Source of the DNA: Pseudomonas phage 99-2
Direction: 5' to 3' (one strand)
Sequence record: OR621024.1
DNA: 13,538 nt
Below the pieces are notes generated by a model. That model saw nothing but the letters and a program-made list of their open reading frames with translations, made no database searches and was not told the DNA's origin. Positions 1-6,477 of the stretch are shown here, one piece after another. Both the position numbers and the translations under genes were made by a program. The number at the start of each line of letters is the position of its first letter. Position 1 is the first letter of the stretch.

Positions 1-30
1 AAAAGGGGTTAGCTTGCGCTAACCCCTTGA
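1..30 (-). terminator. Rho-independent terminator hairpin downstream of the tRNA 3' end (GGGGTTAGC-ttgc-GCTAACCCC), flanked by A/T runs
   Basis: Perfect 9-bp stem at 5-13/18-26 with a 4-nt loop. On the minus strand it is followed by TTTT (positions 1-4) and sits just 3' of the tRNA CCA end. Duplicated at 13457-13486. Confidence 0.55.
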
Positions 31-36
31 AAAATA

Positions 37-82
37 TGGTGGCTACACCGGGACTTGAACCTGGGACATCAGCATTATGAAT
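37..82 (-). tRNA. Partial tRNA(CAU; Met-like) 3' fragment (attL copy, not a functional gene)
   Basis: The reverse complement reads ATTCATAATGCTGATGTCCCAGGTTCAAGTCCCGGTGTAGCCACCA (T-loop TTCAAGT, acceptor TGTAGCC, ACCA). Sequence beyond position 82 cannot pair as the acceptor or anticodon 5' strands, so this copy is truncated. Confidence 0.55.
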
Positions 83-183
83 CCGCTACGAACCGCCCCA
101 CTTAGCCAGAAAGCCCCATAAAACGAGCATTCCAGAACTGCATCATGCTGGCTGAACCAGTACATTTCAGAGATTTTGAGCAA

Positions 184-192
184 TGTAGTCAC
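184..192 (+). promoter_or_regulatory. TGTAGTCAC motif copy near attL (candidate integrase arm-type site)
   Basis: Same 9-mer occurs twice in tandem at 13425-13433 and 13436-13444 just inside attR. Confidence 0.35.
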
Positions 193-240
193 CCGAGCGA
201 AGAACTATACTCGGAACAATCGTAAATGCGTTCTCTGAAG

Positions 241-930
241 CTAACTTTCATATTGAGTGGAAATCACATAATCAATAAATCGTCTCTCGATTTCAGAATT
301 CGCCTCGGAAACGTTGTAAAGACAATTGCTTCTTATATCCAATACAATTGTTCTCCCACTCTCTGAAGATTGCAATTTTATCCTATCAAAACGAATTTTC
401 TTTTTACCAAGAAGCTCTTGAGAGGACTCAATCGCATTCTTAGAGCTATACAAATAAAATGTAATCTTCTCACTTGCAGATATAACTTGGCTCGATGCGT
501 AAGCGTGCGTTATGGTCGTCAACGGCAAATTTAAGCTTATAATCTTGTTTGAAAATTTTTCCAGATCAACGTCTATTTGAGATACAAACAACTTTGACTG
601 AGTTATTTCATTCAAAGCCTTAAGAAATGGTTTAATAGATTTTGAAGAGGATTCAATCTGCAGAAGGTAATTTCTCTTAGAAACATGCCGAAGTCTAAAT
701 AAAAAACGACTAACTTTAAAGAAGGTTATGGTCTGCGCAGACGAGTGAATATCAGACTCATTTAATACAACAACTTCCTCTCGATACCAAAAGAAGCCTG
801 ACACATCTCCATCTGTTACATTCAGGTCGTATAATCCCTTTGTAGAGTCCTCATAGTTTTTATTTTTTCTTAGGCGCTCTACAACCTCATGCGACTCTGA
901 TTCAAAATTAAGGTTAAATAGCTTGTGCAT
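241..930 (-). CDS. Hypothetical protein, 229 aa (third gene of low-GC three-gene operon)
   Basis: Long ORF in ~37% GC DNA. The start lies 8 bp after the upstream gene's stop, with SD TGAGG 7 nt upstream. No TM segments, no Walker motif, no recognisable catalytic motif. Confidence 0.7.
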   Translation of the reverse strand: MHKLFNLNFESESHEVVERLRKNKNYEDSTKGLYDLNVTDGDVSGFFWYREEVVVLNESDIHSSAQTITFFKVSRFLFRLRHVSKRNYLLQIESSSKSIKPFLKALNEITQSKLFVSQIDVDLEKFSNKIISLNLPLTTITHAYASSQVISASEKITFYLYSSKNAIESSQELLGKKKIRFDRIKLQSSESGRTIVLDIRSNCLYNVSEANSEIERRFIDYVISTQYES

Positions 931-938
931 TTTAGGCC

Positions 939-2054
939 TCAGCTTGCGGGTTTAGGGGCCACCTGCTGTGTTAACTTACTTATCAGCTTCCTCGCAGTGT
1001 TTTCTATCTTTGTATGCAGCTCTCTCTCGACGCCACCTGGCGGAGCAATTCTATTAGTAGAGTGGTTCCCCTGAGAAATATACCGATAGTAGCCTTTAAC
1101 CTTTTGCGAGAACACAGTACAGTTTTCAGAATCTTCGAATTTAACCTCAACCTCATAAATGTCTGGAGTGGCACTACTTTCAATGCAAGTCCAAACAGCA
1201 TGATAGCTATAAAATCCTTTGCTATGCAGCAGGTCAACCTCCTTTGAACTCAGAACGCCTTTACCATTCAAAGAAGCCTTGAAAACATGAGTGCCACTAT
1301 CAATATCTTCCGCTTCATCTGAGTCAGAATCACCAAGCTCACTACCAGAATCAGATTTTTTCTTTTCCGGATTAAAAACAGAGACCTTTGAAACGTCTAC
1401 CAGTTCAAAGCCATCTATATTGTTTATCAGATCCTCCAGAAATTTTGACCTATCTTTTGCGTCCTCGATAAATTCCAGACTAATAGCTTCAATCGTTGGT
1501 TTTCCTGAACTGTTTTTGACTAAAAGCTCTAAAAAGTGTTTAGACCACTGATCCGAGTCTTCATTACATTGCGACCTCATCACAAGCTCACCTGCTAGCT
1601 CTGTAATAGTTATGGTCGCTTCTTTCGTAACAGTTTGCTGAAGCTGGCTTTTATTAGGGTTAACCTTGTTATAGGTTATCGTAATAATGATCTCATTACC
1701 TAGCTTTTGAACCTGAGCAAAAGCATCTTTAGGATAATCCTTTGCATTAATTATACCCTCAAGCTCGCTAGCCGCATTAATGACCTCTCTCGAATCTGAG
1801 CCAGCTATAAACTTGGTAGTTATCTTCTCCCGATGAGTGATTGACTGAAGATTTGAAGTCAACTCATCATAATCTCGATAACCAGTAAACATTCTGGAGT
1901 AATAAGACGCCAGCTCCTCTCTTTCCGTCTTAGGGGAAACAATTATACCTCTTTTAAAAAACAGTTCTGACAAGCTCTGATTGCTAACTTTGGCGCTTTT
2001 AACAGCATCGTAGATAGCCTTGTCATTTGGCATGTAAAAATTTTTCTCTTCCAT
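939..2054 (-). CDS. Hypothetical protein, 371 aa (second gene of three-gene operon); two-domain with acidic Ser/Asp linker
   Basis: ORF with SD GGTGGTAAG upstream. The start is 4 bp after the upstream gene's TAA. Internal linker KKKSDSGSELGDSDSDEAEDIDSG. No recognisable motifs. Confidence 0.75.
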   Translation of the reverse strand: MEEKNFYMPNDKAIYDAVKSAKVSNQSLSELFFKRGIIVSPKTEREELASYYSRMFTGYRDYDELTSNLQSITHREKITTKFIAGSDSREVINAASELEGIINAKDYPKDAFAQVQKLGNEIIITITYNKVNPNKSQLQQTVTKEATITITELAGELVMRSQCNEDSDQWSKHFLELLVKNSSGKPTIEAISLEFIEDAKDRSKFLEDLINNIDGFELVDVSKVSVFNPEKKKSDSGSELGDSDSDEAEDIDSGTHVFKASLNGKGVLSSKEVDLLHSKGFYSYHAVWTCIESSATPDIYEVEVKFEDSENCTVFSQKVKGYYRYISQGNHSTNRIAPPGGVERELHTKIENTARKLISKLTQQVAPKPAS

Positions 2055-2058
2055 TGAC

Positions 2059-3138
2059 TTACCACCCGATATCTTCTTTGCTGAAATAGTCGCTCACAGT
2101 CGGTATCACTTCGAACTCTATGCTTTTTATTATCTCAGACTTGCCCCATCTCCTTACATATTCATCTGCCGCACTCCTGAAGAAACTTCTAGCTGCATCA
2201 TCCTGATCTTGCCCTATCGCCCTAATCGAAATTTTCTTACTATTATTAAGTATCTGGTAATTCGATAGCGAGTCGATCAAAAAGAACATCTCTTTCCAAT
2301 CTTTTATTTTCTCTTTATAGTAGACTTTATGTCCGGGCTCAATAGTCTCGGCAACCCGCCCATCTTCGCCATAAAGAGTTCTACCTTGATACTCAACAAT
2401 CATAAAGGGGGCTGAAATAAGCTCCAAAGTCGCAGGCCGCTCATTTGGCAGCATACTGACTTTATGAAGATTTAAATCTGGATAATGGAACTGATAGTCT
2501 TTTGTATTGAACTCCCCCTTTGCTTGCAGCTTCAGGAAGTCGTCAATTATTGTTCTTATATATTTTATTGTCCCTGGCTCCATAATATGGATCTGCTGAC
2601 CCTTCTGAAGATCAATATTCTGAATATTAATATCCTGCTCATTTTCAGACGATTTCCCAGTTCTTCTTTTATTCTTTTTACCGTAGAACACTTCGTAAAA
2701 ATTGCTATCCCAACCACCATCATGGTTGTAAACAAACAACATCCCTCTTATATCTGTATCTCTTTCCGGAATAGAGTAACGATCGCGCCATTCCCTACTC
2801 AATCTCGCACAATCTATTGTCTGCGCCATTGATTTAAGCGCCGATCTAATTGTTCCCTGCTTTATTGAGCCCTTTGCGTAGCTCTTTAGATCGGTGTTTA
2901 GAATAATTTGCTTATTTGTATAGGGATCTTTGTATGAATAAACCGCGTCAGCCGGATGGTTATGATCTTCAACCTTTTCGCTTTCATCATCTTGCTTTTT
3001 ACTTTTATGCAAGCTCGCCTGCTGACAAGTAAAATTCTGGCTATATGGTGGATGAGTATTCCATTTCAACCATGGAGTGATTTCTTCTGCGATTTTTGTC
3101 GCAATGTTGGCAATGCCTTCTCTTTCCCCGCCCGCCAT
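2059..3138 (-). CDS. Hypothetical protein, 359 aa (first gene of three-gene operon)
   Basis: ORF starting ATG 3138 with SD GAGGAC upstream, preceded by a 93-bp AT-rich spacer. No canonical Walker A (GKKNKRRTGKSS does not fit GxxxxGK[ST]). No TM. Confidence 0.75.
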   Translation of the reverse strand: MAGGEREGIANIATKIAEEITPWLKWNTHPPYSQNFTCQQASLHKSKKQDDESEKVEDHNHPADAVYSYKDPYTNKQIILNTDLKSYAKGSIKQGTIRSALKSMAQTIDCARLSREWRDRYSIPERDTDIRGMLFVYNHDGGWDSNFYEVFYGKKNKRRTGKSSENEQDINIQNIDLQKGQQIHIMEPGTIKYIRTIIDDFLKLQAKGEFNTKDYQFHYPDLNLHKVSMLPNERPATLELISAPFMIVEYQGRTLYGEDGRVAETIEPGHKVYYKEKIKDWKEMFFLIDSLSNYQILNNSKKISIRAIGQDQDDAARSFFRSAADEYVRRWGKSEIIKSIEFEVIPTVSDYFSKEDIGW

Positions 3139-3231
3139 GCTCAGTCCTCACACATTCTTAAGATTAATCATTACCTGATAAATACTCGACACACCGGTAT
3201 TTAATTCAAACGATTTAGGTTGAACGATTTA
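3139..3231 (-). promoter_or_regulatory. AT-rich spacer upstream of the three-gene operon; putative promoter (TTGAAT ... TATTTA on minus strand)
   Basis: Only non-coding gap in the minus-strand cargo array. Sigma70-like hexamers are present but the spacing (~19) is imperfect. Confidence 0.25.
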
Positions 3232-3558
3232 TTACCATTCTTTTTCTCTCAGACCTTCAATGCACTCTTTCACGTCATCATTAATGACGTCCCCAGGCTT
3301 GATGCATTCCTTCATGGTGCGACGAACCCCGCGATTGGCTTCGCGTTCTCGTTGATCTTGGGCTTTGAGGTTGGCTCTGGCAGCTTCGCCCATGGGGCCT
3401 TTGGATCCGGCGAACAGTTTGTTCACCAGCTTCTGCATGCCTTTGCCGTAGGCTTCGGCAGCAAGTCTGAGGGCATCACCCACTTGGTGGGTGGGAACGG
3501 GCTTGGATTCTTCTGCGAAAGCGGGGCTTAGGGCCAGTGCCAACAGCATCCTTTTCAT
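3232..3558 (-). CDS. Small secreted/periplasmic protein, 108 aa, with signal peptide (MKRMLLALALSPAFA|EE) and two KECI motifs
   Basis: ORF with SD GGAGA 7 nt upstream. Classic signal peptidase I site. ~52% GC. Lies immediately downstream of a repressor 3'-end repeat copy. Confidence 0.55.
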   Translation of the reverse strand: MKRMLLALALSPAFAEESKPVPTHQVGDALRLAAEAYGKGMQKLVNKLFAGSKGPMGEAARANLKAQDQREREANRGVRRTMKECIKPGDVINDDVKECIEGLREKEW

Positions 3559-3577
3559 TGGTCTTCTCCATTCCTTC

Positions 3578-3700
3578 GGGCGTACCAGCGTCTAGCTACT
3601 TCCTAGGTGGTCGCTATCCCGCGTGTGGATTGGCCTCGCTATAGCCAGGCCCCTTCTGGCCATTCTCTGGCATCAAATCGCCAGTAAGCAAGCACCACTA
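3578..3700. repeat. Diverged direct repeat, copy 1, of the repressor 3' end and downstream sequence (partner 4095-4231)
   Basis: ~58 nt near-identical (gggcgtaccagcgYctagctacttcctRggt..tcgctatcccgcgtKtggattggcc) followed by ~70 nt of diverged homologous sequence. Confidence 0.65.
3614..3697 (-). pseudogene. Remnant of a P2 C-type repressor C-terminus (WCLLTGDLMPENGQKGPGYSEANPHAG*), preceded by an in-frame stop
   Basis: Translation of the minus strand aligns with the C-terminus of the intact repressor at 4132-4404 (WWLLTGEVIPENGQTSPDYDEANRNLANPNAG*). A TAG stop immediately upstream truncates it. Confidence 0.5.
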
Positions 3701-3815
3701 ATGTCTACCTCTCCCTTACGCCCTCACCCGCTTTCTTCGGGCCGATACCACTGCGGTGGCCATACATACCGTCATCCACACGCCGACCAGTATCTTGTGA
3801 CCAGGCAGCATCACG

Positions 3816-4070
3816 CTATTGGTCATAAACCAAGCTATAAGCGCTACCACCACCCAATCGAATATATAGGGCTGCCTTAGCCCTAGAAGCGGATTCCAGC
3901 GTTTTGACGAGAGGCTTAACCAGATATGCGAAACACGTGAGGCAGTAGAAGCCCGTGTAGAGGCTTCCGTAAAAGCTGAATCCGATATAGAGCAAGCCGC
4001 TTACAGCGCTGCCTGCCACGATTGAAAAGCCTAGATTGTTACGCCTTTCGAGAGCTTCGAGTGTGATCAT
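3816..4070 (-). CDS. Small membrane protein, 84 aa, 2 predicted TM helices (moron between the two repressor-end repeats)
   Basis: ATG at 4070 with a plausible codon pattern and hydrophobic stretches GFSIVAGSAVSGLLYIGFSF / FYCLTCFAYLV. The opposite-strand ORF 3623-3880 is His-rich and implausible. Confidence 0.45.
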   Translation of the reverse strand: MITLEALERRNNLGFSIVAGSAVSGLLYIGFSFYGSLYTGFYCLTCFAYLVKPLVKTLESASRAKAALYIRLGGGSAYSLVYDQ

Positions 4071-4094
4071 TGCTTGCCGTCCTTGACCTGATTA

Positions 4095-4231
4095 CGGGCG
4101 TACCAGCGCCTAGCTACTTCCTGGGTAATCGCTATCCCGCGTTTGGATTGGCCAAGTTTCGGTTGGCTTCGTCGTAGTCGGGGCTTGTCTGACCGTTCTC
4201 CGGTATCACTTCGCCGGTAAGCAACCACCAC
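4095..4231. repeat. Direct repeat copy 2 (covers the 3' end of the intact repressor gene plus 37 bp downstream)
   Basis: See 3578-3700. Confidence 0.65.
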
Positions 4232-4404
4232 CTATAGCTAGGGTAGAGCTTTCCGAGTATCTCGATCTCATCCGCGCCGACCCGTGCTCTCCCCCTCTTG
4301 ATGTTCACCCAACGTGGGTAGTCGGTGTCACCCGCCTTCGAGAGTTCTACCAAGCTCGCTGCGTTAATCAGTTGAAGGGCTCTATCAGACAGCTTATCCG
4401 TCAT
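4132..4404 (-). CDS. Immunity repressor, P2 C-like (Pf4r-like), 90 aa
   Basis: The C-terminal half (YRWWLLTGEVIPENGQTSP...) resembles the P2 C repressor C-terminus as I recall it (...YTLWFMTNQIAPESGQIAP...). Divergent from a Cox-like gene across an AT-rich operator region. Confidence 0.6.
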   Translation of the reverse strand: MTDKLSDRALQLINAASLVELSKAGDTDYPRWVNIKRGRARVGADEIEILGKLYPSYRWWLLTGEVIPENGQTSPDYDEANRNLANPNAG

Positions 4405-4515
4405 TATAAATACTCATGGCATGTCATATGTACAAAATGACAAGTTGCCCTTATGGTTTGCACATATGGCAAATTCATACGATTTGCCGTCATTGGTGAA
4501 ACATAAGGTACAGCT
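4405..4515. promoter_or_regulatory. Divergent promoter/operator region of the C/Cox-like switch with two inverted repeats
   Basis: AT-rich 111 bp between divergent genes. TGTCAT-N9-ATGACA at 4422-4442. GGCAAAT-N7-ATTTGCC at 4468-4488. ATGGCA direct repeats at 4416 and 4466. Confidence 0.5.
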
Positions 4516-4788
4516 ATGGAAGAGTCTGGAATAGTGGGGTTCACCGTCACAGGTGCTGTGGAGAAGGTCACGGACTTCCGCACCGCGCCGTTCTGCTCGC
4601 AGGCGGTCTTCGCGCAGATGCTGGGCCTGGAAGACATCACGGAAGACGTGGTGCGGGGCTGGGTGGAAACCAAGACGATTCCGACTGCCAAGATTGGCCG
4701 TCGCCGCGTGGTGAACCTGCACCGCATCCGCCGTGACCTCGACCGGGGTAAGTCGATCTTCTGCCAGGGGGATTACGACGGTGACTAG
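4516..4788 (+). CDS. Cox/XisF-like excisionase-regulator, 90 aa
   Basis: Size, position and the segment FAQMLGLEDITEDVVRGWVETKTIPTAKIGRRRVV resemble P2 Cox (FAKLIGKSTGAVRRMIDKGKLPVIDM) from memory. High GC3 codon usage. SD AAGG. Confidence 0.55.
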   Translation: MEESGIVGFTVTGAVEKVTDFRTAPFCSQAVFAQMLGLEDITEDVVRGWVETKTIPTAKIGRRRVVNLHRIRRDLDRGKSIFCQGDYDGD

Positions 4789-4802
4789 GTACCTCGTAGA
4801 GA

Positions 4803-4996
4803 TGTGCACCTTTCACGGCCCGACTCGGCAACGTCGTTGGCATCGTGTCCATCAGGGCATTTCCCGCGTGGAATGCCAGCGCTGGGTTGAAGAATCGGTG
4901 GCTGTCTTCCCGACCGAAGAAGAAGCCCGCCGCTCCTTCGGCCTGACCCGCGAACGCGCTCGCCAGGCGTACCGCATCTGTGGGGTGAGGGCATGA
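4803..4996 (+). CDS. Hypothetical small protein, 64 aa
   Basis: ATG at 4803 in a GC3-rich frame ending 3 nt before the next gene's start. Weak support. Confidence 0.35.
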
Positions 4997-4999
4997 ACC

Positions 5000-5287
5000 A
5001 TGGCCGCCAGTCCCTACTACCTGCGCCAAACCCACGCCCCGGACTGCGCCTGCTCTGTGTGCTGGTCCGCAAGGCAGGCCATCCCATTGCACAACCCGTC
5101 GCCGTGTCCGGACTGCCGGCCCCCTGGGCTGCCCTATCTGGAAGATGGCCGCTGGTTCTGCCGTCCCCGTTCCTTCTGCGCGAAACACGACCCGTCCCGG
5201 CGTCCGCCGAAGTACTGGCACGTTGTGTACGACAGCGGGAAACCCACGCCCGGCGTTCGACTGCACAAACCTTTCGTCTTGGAGTGA
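5000..5287 (+). CDS. Cys-rich hypothetical protein, 95 aa (7 Cys; possible zinc ribbon)
   Basis: ~85% GC3 in this frame versus the overlapping 4993 frame. SD GAGGG 8 nt upstream. Motifs CxCxxC...CPDC. Confidence 0.55.
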   Translation: MAASPYYLRQTHAPDCACSVCWSARQAIPLHNPSPCPDCRPPGLPYLEDGRWFCRPRSFCAKHDPSRRPPKYWHVVYDSGKPTPGVRLHKPFVLE

Positions 5288-5294
5288 CTGCCTT

Positions 5295-5939
5295 ATGAGA
5301 CAGCCAACCGCACTGATTGCCTGCGAGTTCTCCGGGCGTGTCCGCGATGCACTGGCCCGGGTTGGTTTTTACGCCGTGAGCTGCGATCTGCTGCCTTCGG
5401 AAACCGAAGGGGAACACGTCCAGGGGGATGTCCTGGAAATGCTGGACTGGGGGTGGGATCTGCTGATTGCCCACCCGCCCTGCACTGACCTGGCTACCTC
5501 GGGTGCCCGCTGGTTTCCCGAGAAGATTGCTGACGGTCGTCAGGCACGTGCCCTGGAGTTCGTTCGTACCCTGCTGTCGGCGCCTATTCGATTCAAGGCA
5601 CTGGAGAACCCCAAGTCTGTGATCTCCAGCCATATTCGCAAGCCGGACCAGATCATCCAGCCCTGGATGTTCGGACATGGCGAGCGCAAGGAAACGCACC
5701 TCTGGTTGCAGAACCTGCCGCTTCTGGAGCCGACCCGTATCGTCGATGGACGTTCTCCGGTCGTGCATTACATGGCGCCAGGCCCTGACCGCTGGAAGGA
5801 CCGTAGCCGGACCTATATCGGTATCGCCGAGGCGATGGCCGAGCAGTGGGGCCGTTATGTGATGCGGGCCTTGGCGGAACCAGAATCTGTGAGTTTTCAC
5901 CCCCAGCAGCAGGACCTGCTGCGTGTCCTGGAGGGCTGA
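5295..5939 (+). CDS. Short (214 aa) protein with DNA cytosine-5 methyltransferase-like motifs (FSG ... HPPCTDLATSGAR ... ENP)
   Basis: ATG at 5295 with SD GGAG. Motif IV-like PPC with downstream S.G.R. Motif VI-like LENPKSV. Motif I-like EFSG lacks the Gly-rich loop. Too short for a target recognition domain. Confidence 0.55.
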   Translation: MRQPTALIACEFSGRVRDALARVGFYAVSCDLLPSETEGEHVQGDVLEMLDWGWDLLIAHPPCTDLATSGARWFPEKIADGRQARALEFVRTLLSAPIRFKALENPKSVISSHIRKPDQIIQPWMFGHGERKETHLWLQNLPLLEPTRIVDGRSPVVHYMAPGPDRWKDRSRTYIGIAEAMAEQWGRYVMRALAEPESVSFHPQQQDLLRVLEG

Positions 5940-6477
5940 CCCGTGCTCGCTGACACCCTGAAAGCGCTGCTCCTGCTCTGCCTGATCCAGGCCGCCCGCA
6001 CCGTGGCCGATCCGGTCAAGGGCCGCGCTCCCGGCTCGTCGGAACAGCTTCACCGTTCCGGCGAACGGAAGCACGGGCGGAGCGCACCCTTGAACGCCTC
6101 CCCCCTGAAACAGCCTCCGCTGGGGAGTGTGGGGCAGCTCCTCCGCCCCGCGCTCCCGAGCCCTCGGCGGCAAGAGCGGGATGACAAGGGCAGAGCCCTT
6201 GGTGTTAACAGACTTGAAAGTTATTCATTTTGGCGAAAATCGAAATGCTCGTTACTGCACTTTGTTGCTCAATAAGTTCAGTAGCTTGATATTTCCTCAG
6301 AAAAGATTTTAGGCGCTTTAACTGTGTTGATATAGCTCCACTAGAACTCGCTGAAACTCGGTAAAAAAGGCTCTTCTTTTCCTAAGCAATCACTTCCGCT
6401 GAATCACCGGCACATGAGCCGAATTGCAGCAGCGGGCTAACTCACGCCGAAAAAGGCGAATTGAAGGAGAAACACCG

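Larger units (their letters stand above)
1..82. repeat. attL direct repeat (tRNA 3' segment plus tRNA terminator hairpin); identical to 13457-13538
   Basis: The 82 nt at 1-82 re-occur exactly at 13457-13538. They contain TGG(37-39)=CCA end, acceptor/T-arm and half of the anticodon arm on the minus strand. Confidence 0.9.

Noticed and set aside
37-115. Left tRNA copy as an intact tRNA gene
   Set aside because: The sequence past the repeat cannot base-pair with the acceptor 3' strand TGTAGCC or with the anticodon-stem 3' strand TGCTG, so it is the truncated attL duplicate.
192-214. Possible terminator hairpin downstream of the three-gene operon (CCGAG...CTCGG)
   Set aside because: The stem is only 5 bp with a 12-nt loop and no T-tract, which is not convincing.
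2590-2620. Walker A-like GKKNKRRTGKSS in the first gene of the low-GC operon
   Set aside because: The spacing is G-x7-GKS rather than G-x4-GK[ST], and no Walker B follows. It is not called an ATPase.
3623-3880. 85-aa plus-strand ORF (His-rich)
   Set aside because: It overlaps the repressor-fragment repeat and the minus-strand 2-TM gene. The His/Pro-rich composition is implausible and it has no SD.
4785-6173. 462-aa minus-strand ORF (also 4637-5266, 4414-4809, 4404-4727 minus)
   Set aside because: These are antisense to GC3-rich plus-strand genes. Long open frames are expected by chance in >60% GC DNA. The products are Arg/Gly/Pro low-complexity and no SD is present.
5943-6275. 110-aa ORF starting at GTG right after the methyltransferase-like gene
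   Set aside because: Only the first ~30 codons show coding-like GC3 bias. The rest is low-complexity and runs into AT-rich intergenic DNA. It cannot be supported as a gene, though a short leader peptide is not excluded.
6424-6477. Upstream extension of the ssDNA-binding protein ORF (start at 6424)
   Set aside because: The SD AAGGAG is positioned for ATG 6478, and the extension is Arg-rich junk.
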